Positions 1 to 9,056 of a DNA stretch of 64,000 nucleotides are shown here, in pieces (positions within the stretch are counted from its first letter, which is position 1; each line of letters opens with the position of its first letter). This DNA comes from an uncultured Bacilli bacterium (GTDB taxonomy: Bacteria > Bacillota_I > Bacilli_A > RF39 > UBA660): contig CALVSO010000005.1 in the NCBI GenBank assembly GCA_944359055.1, forward strand, positions 184 to 64,183, given 5' to 3'. Under the pieces are notes generated by a model, which saw only the letters and a list, made by a program, of their open reading frames with translations, had not been told where the DNA came from and did no database searches. The position numbers were made by a program, and so were the translations under genes.

Positions 1-1520
1 TGAGCAATATTAATAGCTTCTTTTACATCATTAACAATAACTAATTTATCATCATCAAACTTAGAATCTTTAATACCATCTTGAATTGGTTTAGTTTGAT
101 TAGTACCTACTAGGATCGCTAAATCTACACTATCAGCTATAAATTTACCAAAATTATAATTTACTTCGTATTGTTTATCACCCATTTCAATCATACCTGG
201 GGTAATAATTATTTTTTTACCTGGCATTAATTTTAAAACATCCAAAGCCATTTTTGATCCGACAGGATTAGAATTATAAGCATCGTCTATATAAGTAATA
301 TTACCATATTTTTTCATTTCTAATCTATGTTCAATTGTTTTAATTTGTAATACACCTTTTTGTAATTCTTCAATATTTAATCCCAATTCCTTACTAACTG
401 CAATACCAGCCAAAATATTATAAACATTAGCTTCACCTAATAATTTTGTTGTAAATTCATAAAATTTTTCATCACCTTTAAAATGAACATTAAAACTCAT
501 TCCTTTATTTGAATATTTAATATCTGTAGCGTAAACATCAGCTTTATCAGATAATCCATACCAAACTATTTTGATGTTGTTTTTTAATTTATAATTTACT
601 TGTAATTCATCATCAATATTTAAAAATCCTACTCCATCTTTAGGTAAATATTCTATTAATTCAAACTTAGCTTTTGTTGTATTTTCAATTGAACCAAACG
701 TGTCTAAATGAGCAGTTCCTATTTTAGTTAATACACCATATTTAGGCTTAACAATACTAGCACGAGATTTAATATCTCCTCTTCTAAATGCACCTAATTC
801 AGCTATAAAATAGTCATTATATTTATCAATATATTCATTAATTGTTCTAATTAAGCCATAGTTAGTATTAAAGTTTTTAGGAGTTGGAAAAGCCATATAT
901 CTAACATTTAAAATATCACTTATAATATTTTTAGTACTAGTTTTTCCATAACTACCTGTTACAGCTACAACCTTCATGTGTGATAATGATTTTAATTTTT
1001 TATTTGCTTTTCTTTTATAATATAAGTAAACTAATTTTTCAATTGGTTTATTTATTATATTAGCTAAATAAACTATATAATAATTAAAATAAATTAAACT
1101 TCCTATTATAAAATAATATAAATATAAATTTTTAGAATAGAATGTTAATAAAATTGTCACAATTGGTATACTATAAATAATTAAAATAGTAACACACATT
1201 CTTTTAATTCTACTAGTAAAAGCAAGTGGTTTTTTTACTTGTTCATGTTTATATCGACTATATAAAATAACAGATATAATTAAATAATAAATTGTTACAA
1301 TGATACTTAAAATATTATTATTTATAAACATCCCTAATAATACAATAAATATGTATAAATAATCAAACCATAAAAATATAAATCTACTATTGTTATTAAT
1401 CCATTTTAAATATCTATTGCCATCATTATACCAATTTTGTTGTAACATATGAAAAGATTTTTTTAAATCTAAACATACATATAAAAACATACTTAATAAA
1501 GATAATATAAATAGCCCCAT
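1..1520 (-). CDS. murF: MurF-like Mur ligase (UDP-MurNAc-tripeptide--D-Ala-D-Ala ligase family) with a ~180-aa N-terminal polytopic membrane extension; C-terminus runs off the window
   Basis: Not in the ORF track because it is open at the window edge. Own reverse translation gives ATG at 1520..1518 with GGAGGA at 1528..1533. The product starts MGLFILSLLSMFLYV... with several hydrophobic helices. It continues HMKVVAVTGSYGKTSTKN (Mur ligase P-loop, about 905..965) and IDDAYNSNPV (271..300), a MurF-type DDxYNxNP motif. Confidence 0.7.
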   Translation of the reverse strand, partial: MGLFILSLLSMFLYVCLDLKKSFHMLQQNWYNDGNRYLKWINNNSRFIFLWFDYLYIFIVLLGMFINNNILSIIVTIYYLIISVILYSRYKHEQVKKPLAFTSRIKRMCVTILIIYSIPIVTILLTFYSKNLYLYYFIIGSLIYFNYYIVYLANIINKPIEKLVYLYYKRKANKKLKSLSHMKVVAVTGSYGKTSTKNIISDILNVRYMAFPTPKNFNTNYGLIRTINEYIDKYNDYFIAELGAFRRGDIKSRASIVKPKYGVLTKIGTAHLDTFGSIENTTKAKFELIEYLPKDGVGFLNIDDELQVNYKLKNNIKIVWYGLSDKADVYATDIKYSNKGMSFNVHFKGDEKFYEFTTKLLGEANVYNILAGIAVSKELGLNIEELQKGVLQIKTIEHRLEMKKYGNITYIDDAYNSNPVGSKMALDVLKLMPGKKIIITPGMIEMGDKQYEVNYNFGKFIADSVDLAILVGTNQTKPIQDGIKDSKFDDDKLVIVNDVKEAINIA

Positions 1521-1532
1521 AATTAATTCCTC

Positions 1533-2030
1533 CTAAAACATATCTATTACTTTATCTAATTTATCGATAACAGGAAAACCTTTATCTTTAGTTAAATCTC
1601 TTGAAAATTGAATTCCAATTCCTCCTTCAGATGCCCATTCTTTTAAATTACCTGAATAATCATCAATTAAAATAGCATCTTTACTTAAACATATTTTTGT
1701 TTTTGATATTTCTCTTGGAACAGGAATGATTGTTACATCTTTAAAATATTTTCTAATATAATTAATTTTAGCTACTGCTTCATCTAATGAATTAACATGC
1801 GTAAGTATTGCAACATTAAATTTGTTAGAAGCGAATATTTTTTTCAAACAATTAAATGCATCATTAATAATAGGTGTCAAAGTAAGTAGTTGTTTCCAGT
1901 TTAAATTTGAAAAAAATTCTTTCATCTTATCTGGATCTTTTCTATCAACTTCTAATCTATCTAGCATATCATAAGTAACACTTATCGTATCCATTATTAC
2001 TCCATCAAAATCTATATATAAATTTTTCAT
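1533..2030 (-). CDS. HAD-superfamily phosphatase, 5'(3')-deoxyribonucleotidase-like
   Basis: 165 aa with N-terminal IDFDGVIMDT (HAD motif I, DxDxV). Size and layout resemble NT5C/YorS-type nucleotidases. Confidence 0.5.
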   Translation of the reverse strand: MKNLYIDFDGVIMDTISVTYDMLDRLEVDRKDPDKMKEFFSNLNWKQLLTLTPIINDAFNCLKKIFASNKFNVAILTHVNSLDEAVAKINYIRKYFKDVTIIPVPREISKTKICLSKDAILIDDYSGNLKEWASEGGIGIQFSRDLTKDKGFPVIDKLDKVIDMF

Positions 2031-2052
2031 AACCTCACCTACAACAATTATA

Positions 2053-2766
2053 TCACATCTTAAATACTTTCGTATATTTCTTTATTATTATTAACAAAAT
2101 TAAACAAATTAAAAACACACTATAATTTATTATTAAATTATTTTGAACTAATATTGGTAAAAATAAAGTGGTTGTTATATTACTAGACATATGTAATATA
2201 ATAGGTGCTTTAAGATTTTTATATTTTTCATATACATATATTAATATAAATCCTAAAGCAAAAGCATATAAAATCTGAATAATATTCATATGAATTACAG
2301 CAAAAAAGATAGTTGTTATTAATATAGCTTTCATATTTGAATATTTATTTTTTAATTCATTATAAATAATACCTCGAAACATCAATTCTTCAATAATAGG
2401 TCCTATTAGACCAGTTGAAATTAAAGTAACTATTAAATTATGATTATTATCAAATAATGAAGTTTTTAATAGAAAATTAAAATAATAAGCAAAAACATTA
2501 TAAATTAAACTTAAAATTATTCCAATTAAAATTAATTGTAAGTAATTCATTTTATTATTTTTATCAAAATTAATTTTTTTATAATCTTTTATTAATAATG
2601 GTATAAATATAATAGCTAAAATAAAAGCCAAATAAATTTGTTTGCTACTTAAAAATTCATTAAATAAATTAATATCATTTCCAGAAGAAATGTAAGTATA
2701 AGCTAACAAAAAAATTAAAACAAATTGAAATAAAAAATAAATTAATGGCCACTTTATTATTTTCAT
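2053..2766 (-). CDS. CPBP family intramembrane glutamic endopeptidase (CAAX protease/Abi family)
   Basis: Polytopic membrane protein with IIEELMFRG (EExxxR), FAVIHM and HMSSN motifs. Confidence 0.75.
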   Translation of the reverse strand: MKIIKWPLIYFLFQFVLIFLLAYTYISSGNDINLFNEFLSSKQIYLAFILAIIFIPLLIKDYKKINFDKNNKMNYLQLILIGIILSLIYNVFAYYFNFLLKTSLFDNNHNLIVTLISTGLIGPIIEELMFRGIIYNELKNKYSNMKAILITTIFFAVIHMNIIQILYAFALGFILIYVYEKYKNLKAPIILHMSSNITTTLFLPILVQNNLIINYSVFLICLILLIIIKKYTKVFKM

Positions 2767-2810
2767 AGTATCACCATTATAATTATATAATAAATACTAT
2801 AATAAGACAA

Positions 2811-2840
2811 GAAAAAAATTGTTAAAATTAATTAACAATT
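2811..2840 (-). terminator. Rho-independent terminator after rplT
   Basis: 9-bp stem AATTGTTAA (2817..2825) / TTAACAATT (2832..2840) with a 6-nt loop. It is followed on the minus strand by a U run (forward A run 2812..2818) and overlaps the rplT stop codon. Confidence 0.6.
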
Positions 2841-3357
2841 ATTTTAAAGCTTCTAATAATTCAGCTTTTTTCATTGTTGAATATCCTTCAACGTTTTTTT
2901 CTTTAGCTAATTCTCTTAATTCAGCAACTGTTTTACTAGATAAATCATTTTTTACTTCTTTAGTTTCTTTTTTTACAGTTTTAGTAGTTTTTTCTATTTT
3001 ACCTTCTAAAGCATTTTTAGCAGTATTAACTAATTCTGTAAATACAGCTGGATTATCGATAGCTATTTCACTTAACATTTTACGATTAATATCAATTTCA
3101 GCTTTAGTTAAACCATTGATAAATTTAGAATAACTAATATCATTTTGTCTACAAGCAGCATTAATTCTTGTAATCCATAATTTACGGAAATCTCTTTTCT
3201 TTTGTTTTCTATCACGATAAGCATATTTACCAGAATGCATTACTTGTTCATTCGCAGTACGATATAATCTATGTTTACTACCAAAGTAACCTTTAGCTTG
3301 TTTCATTACTTTTTTATGTCTTGCACGACTAATAGTTCCACCTTTAACTCTTGCCAT
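2839..3357 (-). CDS. rplT: 50S ribosomal protein L20 with ~55-aa C-terminal extension
   Basis: [39 protein letters not shown]... is canonical L20. It is 172 aa versus about 118 aa for typical L20. The tail [30 protein letters not shown] looks like a Rho_N/SAP helix-extension-helix. Confidence 0.9.
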   Translation of the reverse strand: MARVKGGTISRARHKKVMKQAKGYFGSKHRLYRTANEQVMHSGKYAYRDRKQKKRDFRKLWITRINAACRQNDISYSKFINGLTKAEIDINRKMLSEIAIDNPAVFTELVNTAKNALEGKIEKTTKTVKKETKEVKNDLSSKTVAELRELAKEKNVEGYSTMKKAELLEALK

Positions 3358-3368
3358 AATTTACCTCC

Positions 3369-3557
3369 TTATATTAAATCCTTAATTCTTTTGTAATCAC
3401 TCTTACTTAAAGTAGAAGCTGTTCTACCTACTCTATTGCTTGCAGCATTTTTCTTTCCTGTGTTATGTCTTGTTCCAGGATGACCAATTTTAACTGTTCC
3501 ACCTGGTCTTACTTTACATACTTTACTAGTACCTTTATGTGTTTTCATTTTTGGCAT
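3369..3557 (-). CDS. rpmI: 50S ribosomal protein L35
   Basis: MPKMKTHKGTSKV..., 62 aa and basic, located between infC and rplT. Confidence 0.9.
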   Translation of the reverse strand: MPKMKTHKGTSKVCKVRPGGTVKIGHPGTRHNTGKKNAASNRVGRTASTLSKSDYKRIKDLI

Positions 3558-3569
3558 ATAAAATTCCTC

Positions 3570-4103
3570 CTATTTTTCTTTCTTTGGCCCTAATATCATA
3601 GACATGATACGACCTTCAATTTTAGGTTGTTGTTCAATAATCGCTACACTTTCTTGTGCAGTAGCAAAGCGCATTAAAACATCTTTTCCTAATTCTGGAT
3701 GAGCCATTTCTCTTCCTTTAAATCTTATCGTTGCTTTAACTTTATGTCCTTTTTCTAAATACTTCGCACTATTTTTAACACGAGTATTAAAATCATGAAC
3801 ATCGATAGTTACTGATAAACGATATTCTTTCATTTCTAAATTTGCTTCTCTTTGTTTTTTTAAATTCTCTTTAGTTCTTTTTTTATTTTCATATTTAAAT
3901 TTATTGTAATCCATTATTTTACAAACTGGCGGATTACCATTTGGATTAATTAAAACTAAGTCGAATCCTGCATAATTAGCTAAAGTTAATGCATCTTTAA
4001 TATTTTTAGTACCTAATTGTTCTCCTTTAGGACCGATTACCATAACTTCTTTAGCTCTAATTTGTTCATTAATTAATGAATCTTTTGATTTATTTGCGAT
4101 AAT
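3570..4103 (-). CDS. infC: Translation initiation factor IF-3, probable ATT start
   Basis: The IF-3 sequence begins around IANKSKDSLINEQIRAKEVMVIGPKGEQLG. The upstream part of the track ORF (MDTIFVSTFLLLEVS) overlaps a hairpin and the RBS. GGAGG at 4113..4109 lies 5 nt before ATT at 4103..4101. Non-AUG (AUU) initiation is the classic infC autoregulatory feature. Confidence 0.85.
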   Translation of the reverse strand: MIANKSKDSLINEQIRAKEVMVIGPKGEQLGTKNIKDALTLANYAGFDLVLINPNGNPPVCKIMDYNKFKYENKKRTKENLKKQREANLEMKEYRLSVTIDVHDFNTRVKNSAKYLEKGHKVKATIRFKGREMAHPELGKDVLMRFATAQESVAIIEQQPKIEGRIMSMILGPKKEK

Positions 4104-4113
4104 TGACACCTCC

Positions 4114-4237
4114 AACAATAAAAAAGTAGACACAAATATAGTATCCACCTCTTATAAACACAATTAAAAATCTTGGCTTATAACCCATAGCTAATGTGCT
4201 ATCAGGTGGAGAATACTCGCTTTCCTTCTTCATTTCG
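4114..4237 (-). promoter_or_regulatory. infC-rpmI-rplT leader with attenuator hairpin (L20-leader-like)
   Basis: About 125-nt untranslated leader between the promoter and the infC RBS. A hairpin GUGGAUA...UGUCUAC (4148..4126) is followed by UUUUUUAUU (forward 4117..4125) immediately before the RBS. Position and layout match L20-mediated attenuation known from Bacillus. Family membership was not verified. Confidence 0.4.
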
Positions 4238-4243
4238 TATATA

Positions 4244-4271
4244 ATTATACCATTTATTATATGTTTGTCAA
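4244..4271 (-). promoter_or_regulatory. Sigma-A type promoter of the infC operon
   Basis: TTGACA (4271..4266), 16-nt spacer, TGgTATAAT extended -10 (TATAAT 4249..4244). Confidence 0.55.
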
Positions 4272-4290
4272 GCTTTTTTTATTATTTATT

Positions 4291-4986
4291 TCATAATTTT
4301 AGCAATAATTCATTATATTGCTCATGTATTTCTTCATTAGAAAAAACTATATATTCACCTTCTATTGTCCAATTATTTTTATTAAAAATTAAAAAGTTAA
4401 TTACTTCATCATAAACATTTAATGTATCAATAACAACATTTATATTTTGCTCTATTTCTTGTTTATTTTTAGTAATTTCCGCTTCACTTGAAAAAGCTAA
4501 ACTTTTATAAAAATCAATATAATATGAATCTAAATTTTTATTTTCAATATACGATAAAACTGTTTCATTATTAAATTGGTTTAATATTTTGTTTTTATTA
4601 TCTTCTATTTGTTCTTTTGTTTCCTTGATATACAGTTTTGTATTGATAAAATTAGGTCCATCTTCTTGATAATTTTCTAATGTTAAAACATTGGAAAATT
4701 TTTCATCTGTAACTAAATTAACATAAGTTAATGTTATATCAATAGTATCTTTTAAATATTTTTTAGCAGCTTTTTCTACTACTAAATAATCACCACTACT
4801 AATTGTTTTTCCCAATCTTTCATTTACTTTATCATAATCAAACTCATCAAAATTAATTAAACTATCTATTTCATTTAATTCTTGCCTTAATTTTTCTTCT
4901 TGATTTAAATCTTTAATAATTATAATAGTAAGTAATAAAACTATTAAAGCAACTACTACACCTACAGCAATTAATATTTTTTTCAT
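4291..4986 (-). CDS. Hypothetical membrane-anchored protein
   Basis: N-terminal TM helix (MKKILIAVGVVVALIVLLLTIIII), then a charged helical extracytoplasmic region. No recognisable motif. Confidence 0.6.
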   Translation of the reverse strand: MKKILIAVGVVVALIVLLLTIIIIKDLNQEEKLRQELNEIDSLINFDEFDYDKVNERLGKTISSGDYLVVEKAAKKYLKDTIDITLTYVNLVTDEKFSNVLTLENYQEDGPNFINTKLYIKETKEQIEDNKNKILNQFNNETVLSYIENKNLDSYYIDFYKSLAFSSEAEITKNKQEIEQNINVVIDTLNVYDEVINFLIFNKNNWTIEGEYIVFSNEEIHEQYNELLLKL

Positions 4987-4997
4987 ATTATACTCCC

Positions 4998-5849
4998 TTA
5001 ATCTATATTAATTAATTGATATTTTTTACTACCAACACCTAATTCTTCAGCATGATCTAAGATAATTTTCCCTTTTCTTGATTCTACTCTTTCGATAAAA
5101 TGATCTTTTCCATGATCATCAGAATTGTAAATTAAATCTAAACAAGCTTGATCTAAAGCAACAGGGTCTAATGAAGCAAGTATTCCAATATCTTGCATAC
5201 AAGGTGCCTCTGGATTAGCAACACAATCACAATCAACTGATATATTGTTAACTACATTAATATAAACTATATTTTTAAAATAATCTACTACTGACTTGTC
5301 AGCTTCAGCCATTGATTCAATAAAATCAACTTGTGGTGTTGCCCAAATATTATCTCTTTCTACTCCACCACTATGAATCCAAGCTTTGCCCCTAGATGAA
5401 GCTAAACCGATTGACATATTTTTTAATGCTCCACCAAAGCCACCCATTGGATGACCTTTAAAATGTGATAACATCAACATTGAATCATAGTTATCAATAT
5501 TTTTTCCAACAAAATTTTCTTTTAAATGTCTACCACCTACAACCGGAATAGCTTTATCGCCATCAATATCTAATAAATCAACATTAGTAAATCCATGTTC
5601 TTTAATCGTTTGCAAATGATCTTTAGTAGTATTTCTTTTTCCTTCGTAAGCTGTATTACATTCAACAATTGTACCGTTTAATTTTATAACTAAATCATTA
5701 ATCAAACTAGGTTTTAAATAATGATTATTCCCTGCTTCACCTGTTGAAATTTTAACAGCTACCTTTCCTTCTAATTTACAATTTAACTTTTCGTAAATTT
5801 TAATTAAACTTTCACTACTTATTTCTTTTGTAAAATAAACTTTTTCCAT
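4998..5849 (-). CDS. DUF362 domain-containing protein
   Basis: LSHFKGHPMGGFGGALKNMSIGLAS, VDCDC and ASLDPVALDQACLDL motifs are typical of DUF362. It has no ferredoxin insert. AGAAAGGAAAAAAT precedes the ATG. Confidence 0.75.
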   Translation of the reverse strand: MEKVYFTKEISSESLIKIYEKLNCKLEGKVAVKISTGEAGNNHYLKPSLINDLVIKLNGTIVECNTAYEGKRNTTKDHLQTIKEHGFTNVDLLDIDGDKAIPVVGGRHLKENFVGKNIDNYDSMLMLSHFKGHPMGGFGGALKNMSIGLASSRGKAWIHSGGVERDNIWATPQVDFIESMAEADKSVVDYFKNIVYINVVNNISVDCDCVANPEAPCMQDIGILASLDPVALDQACLDLIYNSDDHGKDHFIERVESRKGKIILDHAEELGVGSKKYQLINID

Positions 5850-6672
5850 ATTTTTTCCTTTCTATTTCAATAGTTGCATGACTAATGTTTTGTTTTTTTA
5901 AGTATTCTTTAATATATTCTTCCATCTGTTCTACTTCATCATTATTTATGATAGCATGTAAAGTAGCATAATTATTATATCCATCCATACTCCAAATATG
6001 AATATGATTAATACTTACTATATTTTTATTTTCTAATAATTGTTTTTTTATTTTTCTGATATTTATATTATCTGGTGTTTTTTCTAAAAATAAATCTAAT
6101 ACTATTTTTAAATGTTTTAAAGCATGAATTATTATGTAAATTGAAATAATAAAACTCATTATAGAATCAATATAATTTATCTTAGTAAATTTAATTAATA
6201 TTGAACCTATTAAAACAACTATCCAACTTAAAACATCTTGTAACAAATGTAAATTCACGGCTTCTTGATTTAAAGAATGTCCACCTTTTGTTTTATGTAC
6301 AGCTATAATATTAAATAAAATACCAATTAAAGCAATTATGATCATGCCATCATAATTAATATCAATCGGATTAAATAATCTATTTGTAGCATTATATATA
6401 ACTAATAATGAGCCACAAAGTAAAATTATAGTAGTTATAAAAGCAGCTAAAATAGAATATCTAACATAACCATAAGTGTATTTATAATTAGGTCTATGTT
6501 TGCTCTTTTTTTCAAAGAAATAGGATATCCCGATACTTGCAGCATCTGCTAAATCATGAACTGCTCCTGACAAAATAGAAATACTATTAGTTATAAAACC
6601 ACCTATTATTTCTAATAATGAAAAACTTATATTTAAAATAAATGCTATTAATATATTTCTATCTGTTTTCAT
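5815..6672 (-). CDS. Cation diffusion facilitator family transporter (CzcD/ZitB-like)
   Basis: NISFSLLEIIGGFITNSISILSGAVHDLADAASIGIS (TM2 HDxxD region), six TM helices and a C-terminal cytoplasmic domain. It overlaps the downstream DUF362 start by 35 nt. Confidence 0.8.
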   Translation of the reverse strand: MKTDRNILIAFILNISFSLLEIIGGFITNSISILSGAVHDLADAASIGISYFFEKKSKHRPNYKYTYGYVRYSILAAFITTIILLCGSLLVIYNATNRLFNPIDINYDGMIIIALIGILFNIIAVHKTKGGHSLNQEAVNLHLLQDVLSWIVVLIGSILIKFTKINYIDSIMSFIISIYIIIHALKHLKIVLDLFLEKTPDNINIRKIKKQLLENKNIVSINHIHIWSMDGYNNYATLHAIINNDEVEQMEEYIKEYLKKQNISHATIEIERKKYGKSLFYKRNK

Positions 6673-6723
6673 ACTCCACCTATTTAAATTATATCATTTA
6701 TTTAAAAAAAAATATAGATTTTT

Positions 6724-6963
6724 CTATATTTTTTTACTATTGTATATATCTAATTTTGTACATAAAACTTGTTCTAATAAAATAATATTTTTAATTGTTT
6801 GATTAACAGATTCATTAATTTTAATTAAATCACAAATATTATTAGACAAGCAAGTTGCTTTTTTTATTTTATTTGCTTCTTCATTTAAAATATTCGCTAA
6901 TGCTTTTTCAATACAAGATATTGAATTAGGAATGCTTTCATTTTTACATAAACATTTTAACAA
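6724..6963 (-). CDS. Small Cys-rich hypothetical protein
   Basis: 79 aa, MLKCLCKNESIPNSISCIEKALANILNEEANKIKKA.... The only in-frame start is TTG (or an upstream ATT) with no clear SD, so coding status is uncertain. Confidence 0.4.
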   Translation of the reverse strand: MLKCLCKNESIPNSISCIEKALANILNEEANKIKKATCLSNNICDLIKINESVNQTIKNIILLEQVLCTKLDIYNSKKI

Positions 6964-7012
6964 TTTTGATATTTTATCATAACAATCAATACTGCTATAA
7001 TATAAAAGAGAA

Positions 7013-7594
7013 TTACTTCTCTTTTATTTTTGGATAAATAAAATCAATAAAGAATAATAAATAACTAAGTGAAATAATAAATCCCGCAATTACATCTGAT
7101 GTATAATGAACACCTAAATATATTCTACTAATACCTATCAAAACTGTTAATAAAATTAATAATGAAAATCCAATTTTTTTATATTTATAATCACTTTTCC
7201 ATAATAAATAAGCTAGAAAGCCATAAATAGCTAAACTTATCATAGCATGTCCACTAGGAAAACTATAACCTGTTTCAGTAATTATATTTATATCAATTGG
7301 CCTTTCTCTTGAAAAAATTAATTTTAAAATATAGTTCAATGTAAAAACAGATAATAAATTTATTAAAAAAACTTTTCTTATTTTTTTCCATAATACAATT
7401 ACTAAACAACTAAATAATATACACCAAATAGGATCTGCAAAAAAAGTAATAAATTTCATTATATTAGTCATAATATCAGAAATAAATAATGAAATAACTG
7501 AGTAACCAAAATCATCTATCCAAATTAAATATTTATGAAAATAAACACCTAATAAAAAAACAACAAACAAAATAATACTTAAAATAGTTTTCAT
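7013..7594 (-). CDS. PAP2 family phosphatase (undecaprenyl-diphosphatase/BcrC-like)
   Basis: All three PAP2 motifs are present: KLIFSRERP, SFPSGHAM and SRIYLGVHYTSDV. Polytopic membrane protein. Confidence 0.8.
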   Translation of the reverse strand: MKTILSIILFVVFLLGVYFHKYLIWIDDFGYSVISLFISDIMTNIMKFITFFADPIWCILFSCLVIVLWKKIRKVFLINLLSVFTLNYILKLIFSRERPIDINIITETGYSFPSGHAMISLAIYGFLAYLLWKSDYKYKKIGFSLLILLTVLIGISRIYLGVHYTSDVIAGFIISLSYLLFFIDFIYPKIKEK

Positions 7595-7771
7595 ACTATC
7601 ACCATATCAATTATATCATATTATTTATAAATTGAAATATTTTATTTATTATTAAAACTGGTAATAATATTATAATAAAAATAATATCTATAAAAAAGCC
7701 TAAAATTAAATAAATTATATCTTTCATAATTAATTATATATTTTAAACTTTTACAATATTACCATTATAAA

Positions 7772-7801
7772 TATTAAAAAAGTTAGGAATTTTCCTAACT
7801 T
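7772..7801 (-). terminator. Rho-independent terminator after tuf
   Basis: Minus-strand AAGTTAGGA-aaat-TCCTAACTT followed by TTTTTT. Overlaps the tuf stop codon. Confidence 0.65.
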
Positions 7802-8984
7802 ATTTAATAATTTCTGAAACGTTACCTGCACCAACAGTGTGTCCACCTTCACGGATAGAGAATTTAGTTCCGTTTTCGATAGCAATTGGAGCAATTAACT
7901 CAACAGTGATTTCAACGTTATCACCTGGCATAACCATTTCAGTTCCTGCAGGTAATTCAATAACACCAGTTACATCTGTAGTTCTAAAATAGAATTGTGG
8001 ACGATAATTTGTAAAGAATGGTTTATGACGTCCTCCTTCTTCTTTAGTTAAGATATAAACTTGAGCTTTGAATTTAGTATGAGGAGTAACTGTACCTGGT
8101 TTAGCTAATACTTGTCCTCTTTCAACTTCGTCACGAGAAATACCACGTAATAATACACCAGCATTATCTCCTGCTTCAGCATAATCTAATTGTTTACGGA
8201 ACATTTCAATTCCTGTAACAACAGTTTTTTTAGTTTCTTTTAAACCAACGATTTCAACTTCGTCATTTAATTTTAATTGACCTCTTTCAACACGTCCTGT
8301 AACAACAGTTCCACGACCAGTGATTGTAAATACATCTTCAATTGGCATTAAGAATGGTTTATCAGTATCACGTGCTGGAGTTTCGATCCATGTATCAACT
8401 GCATCCATTAATTCTTGGATTTTTTCTTGGTAAGCTGGATCTCCTTCTAATGCTTTTAATGCAGAACCTCTGATGATTGGAGTATTATCACCATCGAAAC
8501 CATATTCGCTTAATAATTCACGAATTTCCATTTCAACTAAATCTAATAATTCTTCATCATCAACCATATCACATTTGTTCATGAATACTACCATACGAGG
8601 TACACCAACTTGACGTGATAATAAGATGTGTTCACGAGTTTGAGCCATAGGTCCATCTGTAGCAGCAATAACTAAGATAGCTCCATCCATTTGAGCAGCA
8701 CCTGTAATCATGTTTTTAACATAATCAGCATGTCCTGGGCAGTCTACGTGAGCATAGTGTCTCTTATCAGTTTGATATTCAACGTGTGAAGTATTAATTG
8801 TAATACCTCTTTCTCTTTCTTCTGGTGCTTTATCGATATTTGCATAATCAACAAAGTCAGCTTGACCTTTACCAGCTAAGTATTTAGTAATAGCAGCTGT
8901 TAAAGTAGTTTTACCATGATCTACGTGTCCAATTGTACCAATGTTAACATGTGGTTTTGAACGATCAAATTTTTGTTTTGCCAT
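7800..8984 (-). CDS. tuf: Elongation factor Tu
   Basis: [33 protein letters not shown]..., full length 394 aa. Confidence 0.98.
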   Translation of the reverse strand: MAKQKFDRSKPHVNIGTIGHVDHGKTTLTAAITKYLAGKGQADFVDYANIDKAPEERERGITINTSHVEYQTDKRHYAHVDCPGHADYVKNMITGAAQMDGAILVIAATDGPMAQTREHILLSRQVGVPRMVVFMNKCDMVDDEELLDLVEMEIRELLSEYGFDGDNTPIIRGSALKALEGDPAYQEKIQELMDAVDTWIETPARDTDKPFLMPIEDVFTITGRGTVVTGRVERGQLKLNDEVEIVGLKETKKTVVTGIEMFRKQLDYAEAGDNAGVLLRGISRDEVERGQVLAKPGTVTPHTKFKAQVYILTKEEGGRHKPFFTNYRPQFYFRTTDVTGVIELPAGTEMVMPGDNVEITVELIAPIAIENGTKFSIREGGHTVGAGNVSEIIK

Positions 8985-9056
8985 ATTAATTTTCCTCCTT
9001 ATTTAACTTCATATTTAATTTTATACTAATTAACATAAAAATTCAAGACTTTTATA

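Noticed and set aside
2819-3133. Numerous track ORFs lie antisense to or overlap confident genes. They are 2819..3133+, 4196..4414+, 10898..11092-, 13845..14081+, 15108..15326+, 18769..18981+, 19581..19913+, 21354..21566+ and 27472..27657+. Also 29252..29803+, 30201..30401+, 32465..32686+, 34160..34387+, 36612..36833+, 37972..38169+ and 39423..39656+. Also 46411..46596-, 49178..49411-, 57327..57668+, 57775..58119-, 57779..58063+, 58085..58267+ and 62860..63060+.
   Set aside because: Each lies inside or opposite a gene with strong homology or clear protein-like features. They have low-complexity Ser/Leu/Ile/Phe-rich translations typical of shadow frames in AT-rich or repetitive DNA, and they lack RBSs.
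5815-5849. 35-nt overlap between the CDF transporter 3' end and the DUF362 start, considered as a possible frameshift or fusion
   Set aside because: Both proteins look complete, and the DUF362 ATG has its own RBS. A non-conserved C-terminal tail on the CDF protein explains the overlap.
7620-7727. A hydrophobic ORF of about 35 codons on the minus strand in the PAP2-tuf intergenic region
   Set aside because: There is no Shine-Dalgarno sequence or promoter, and the translation is AT-rich Ile/Leu/Phe, as expected by chance.
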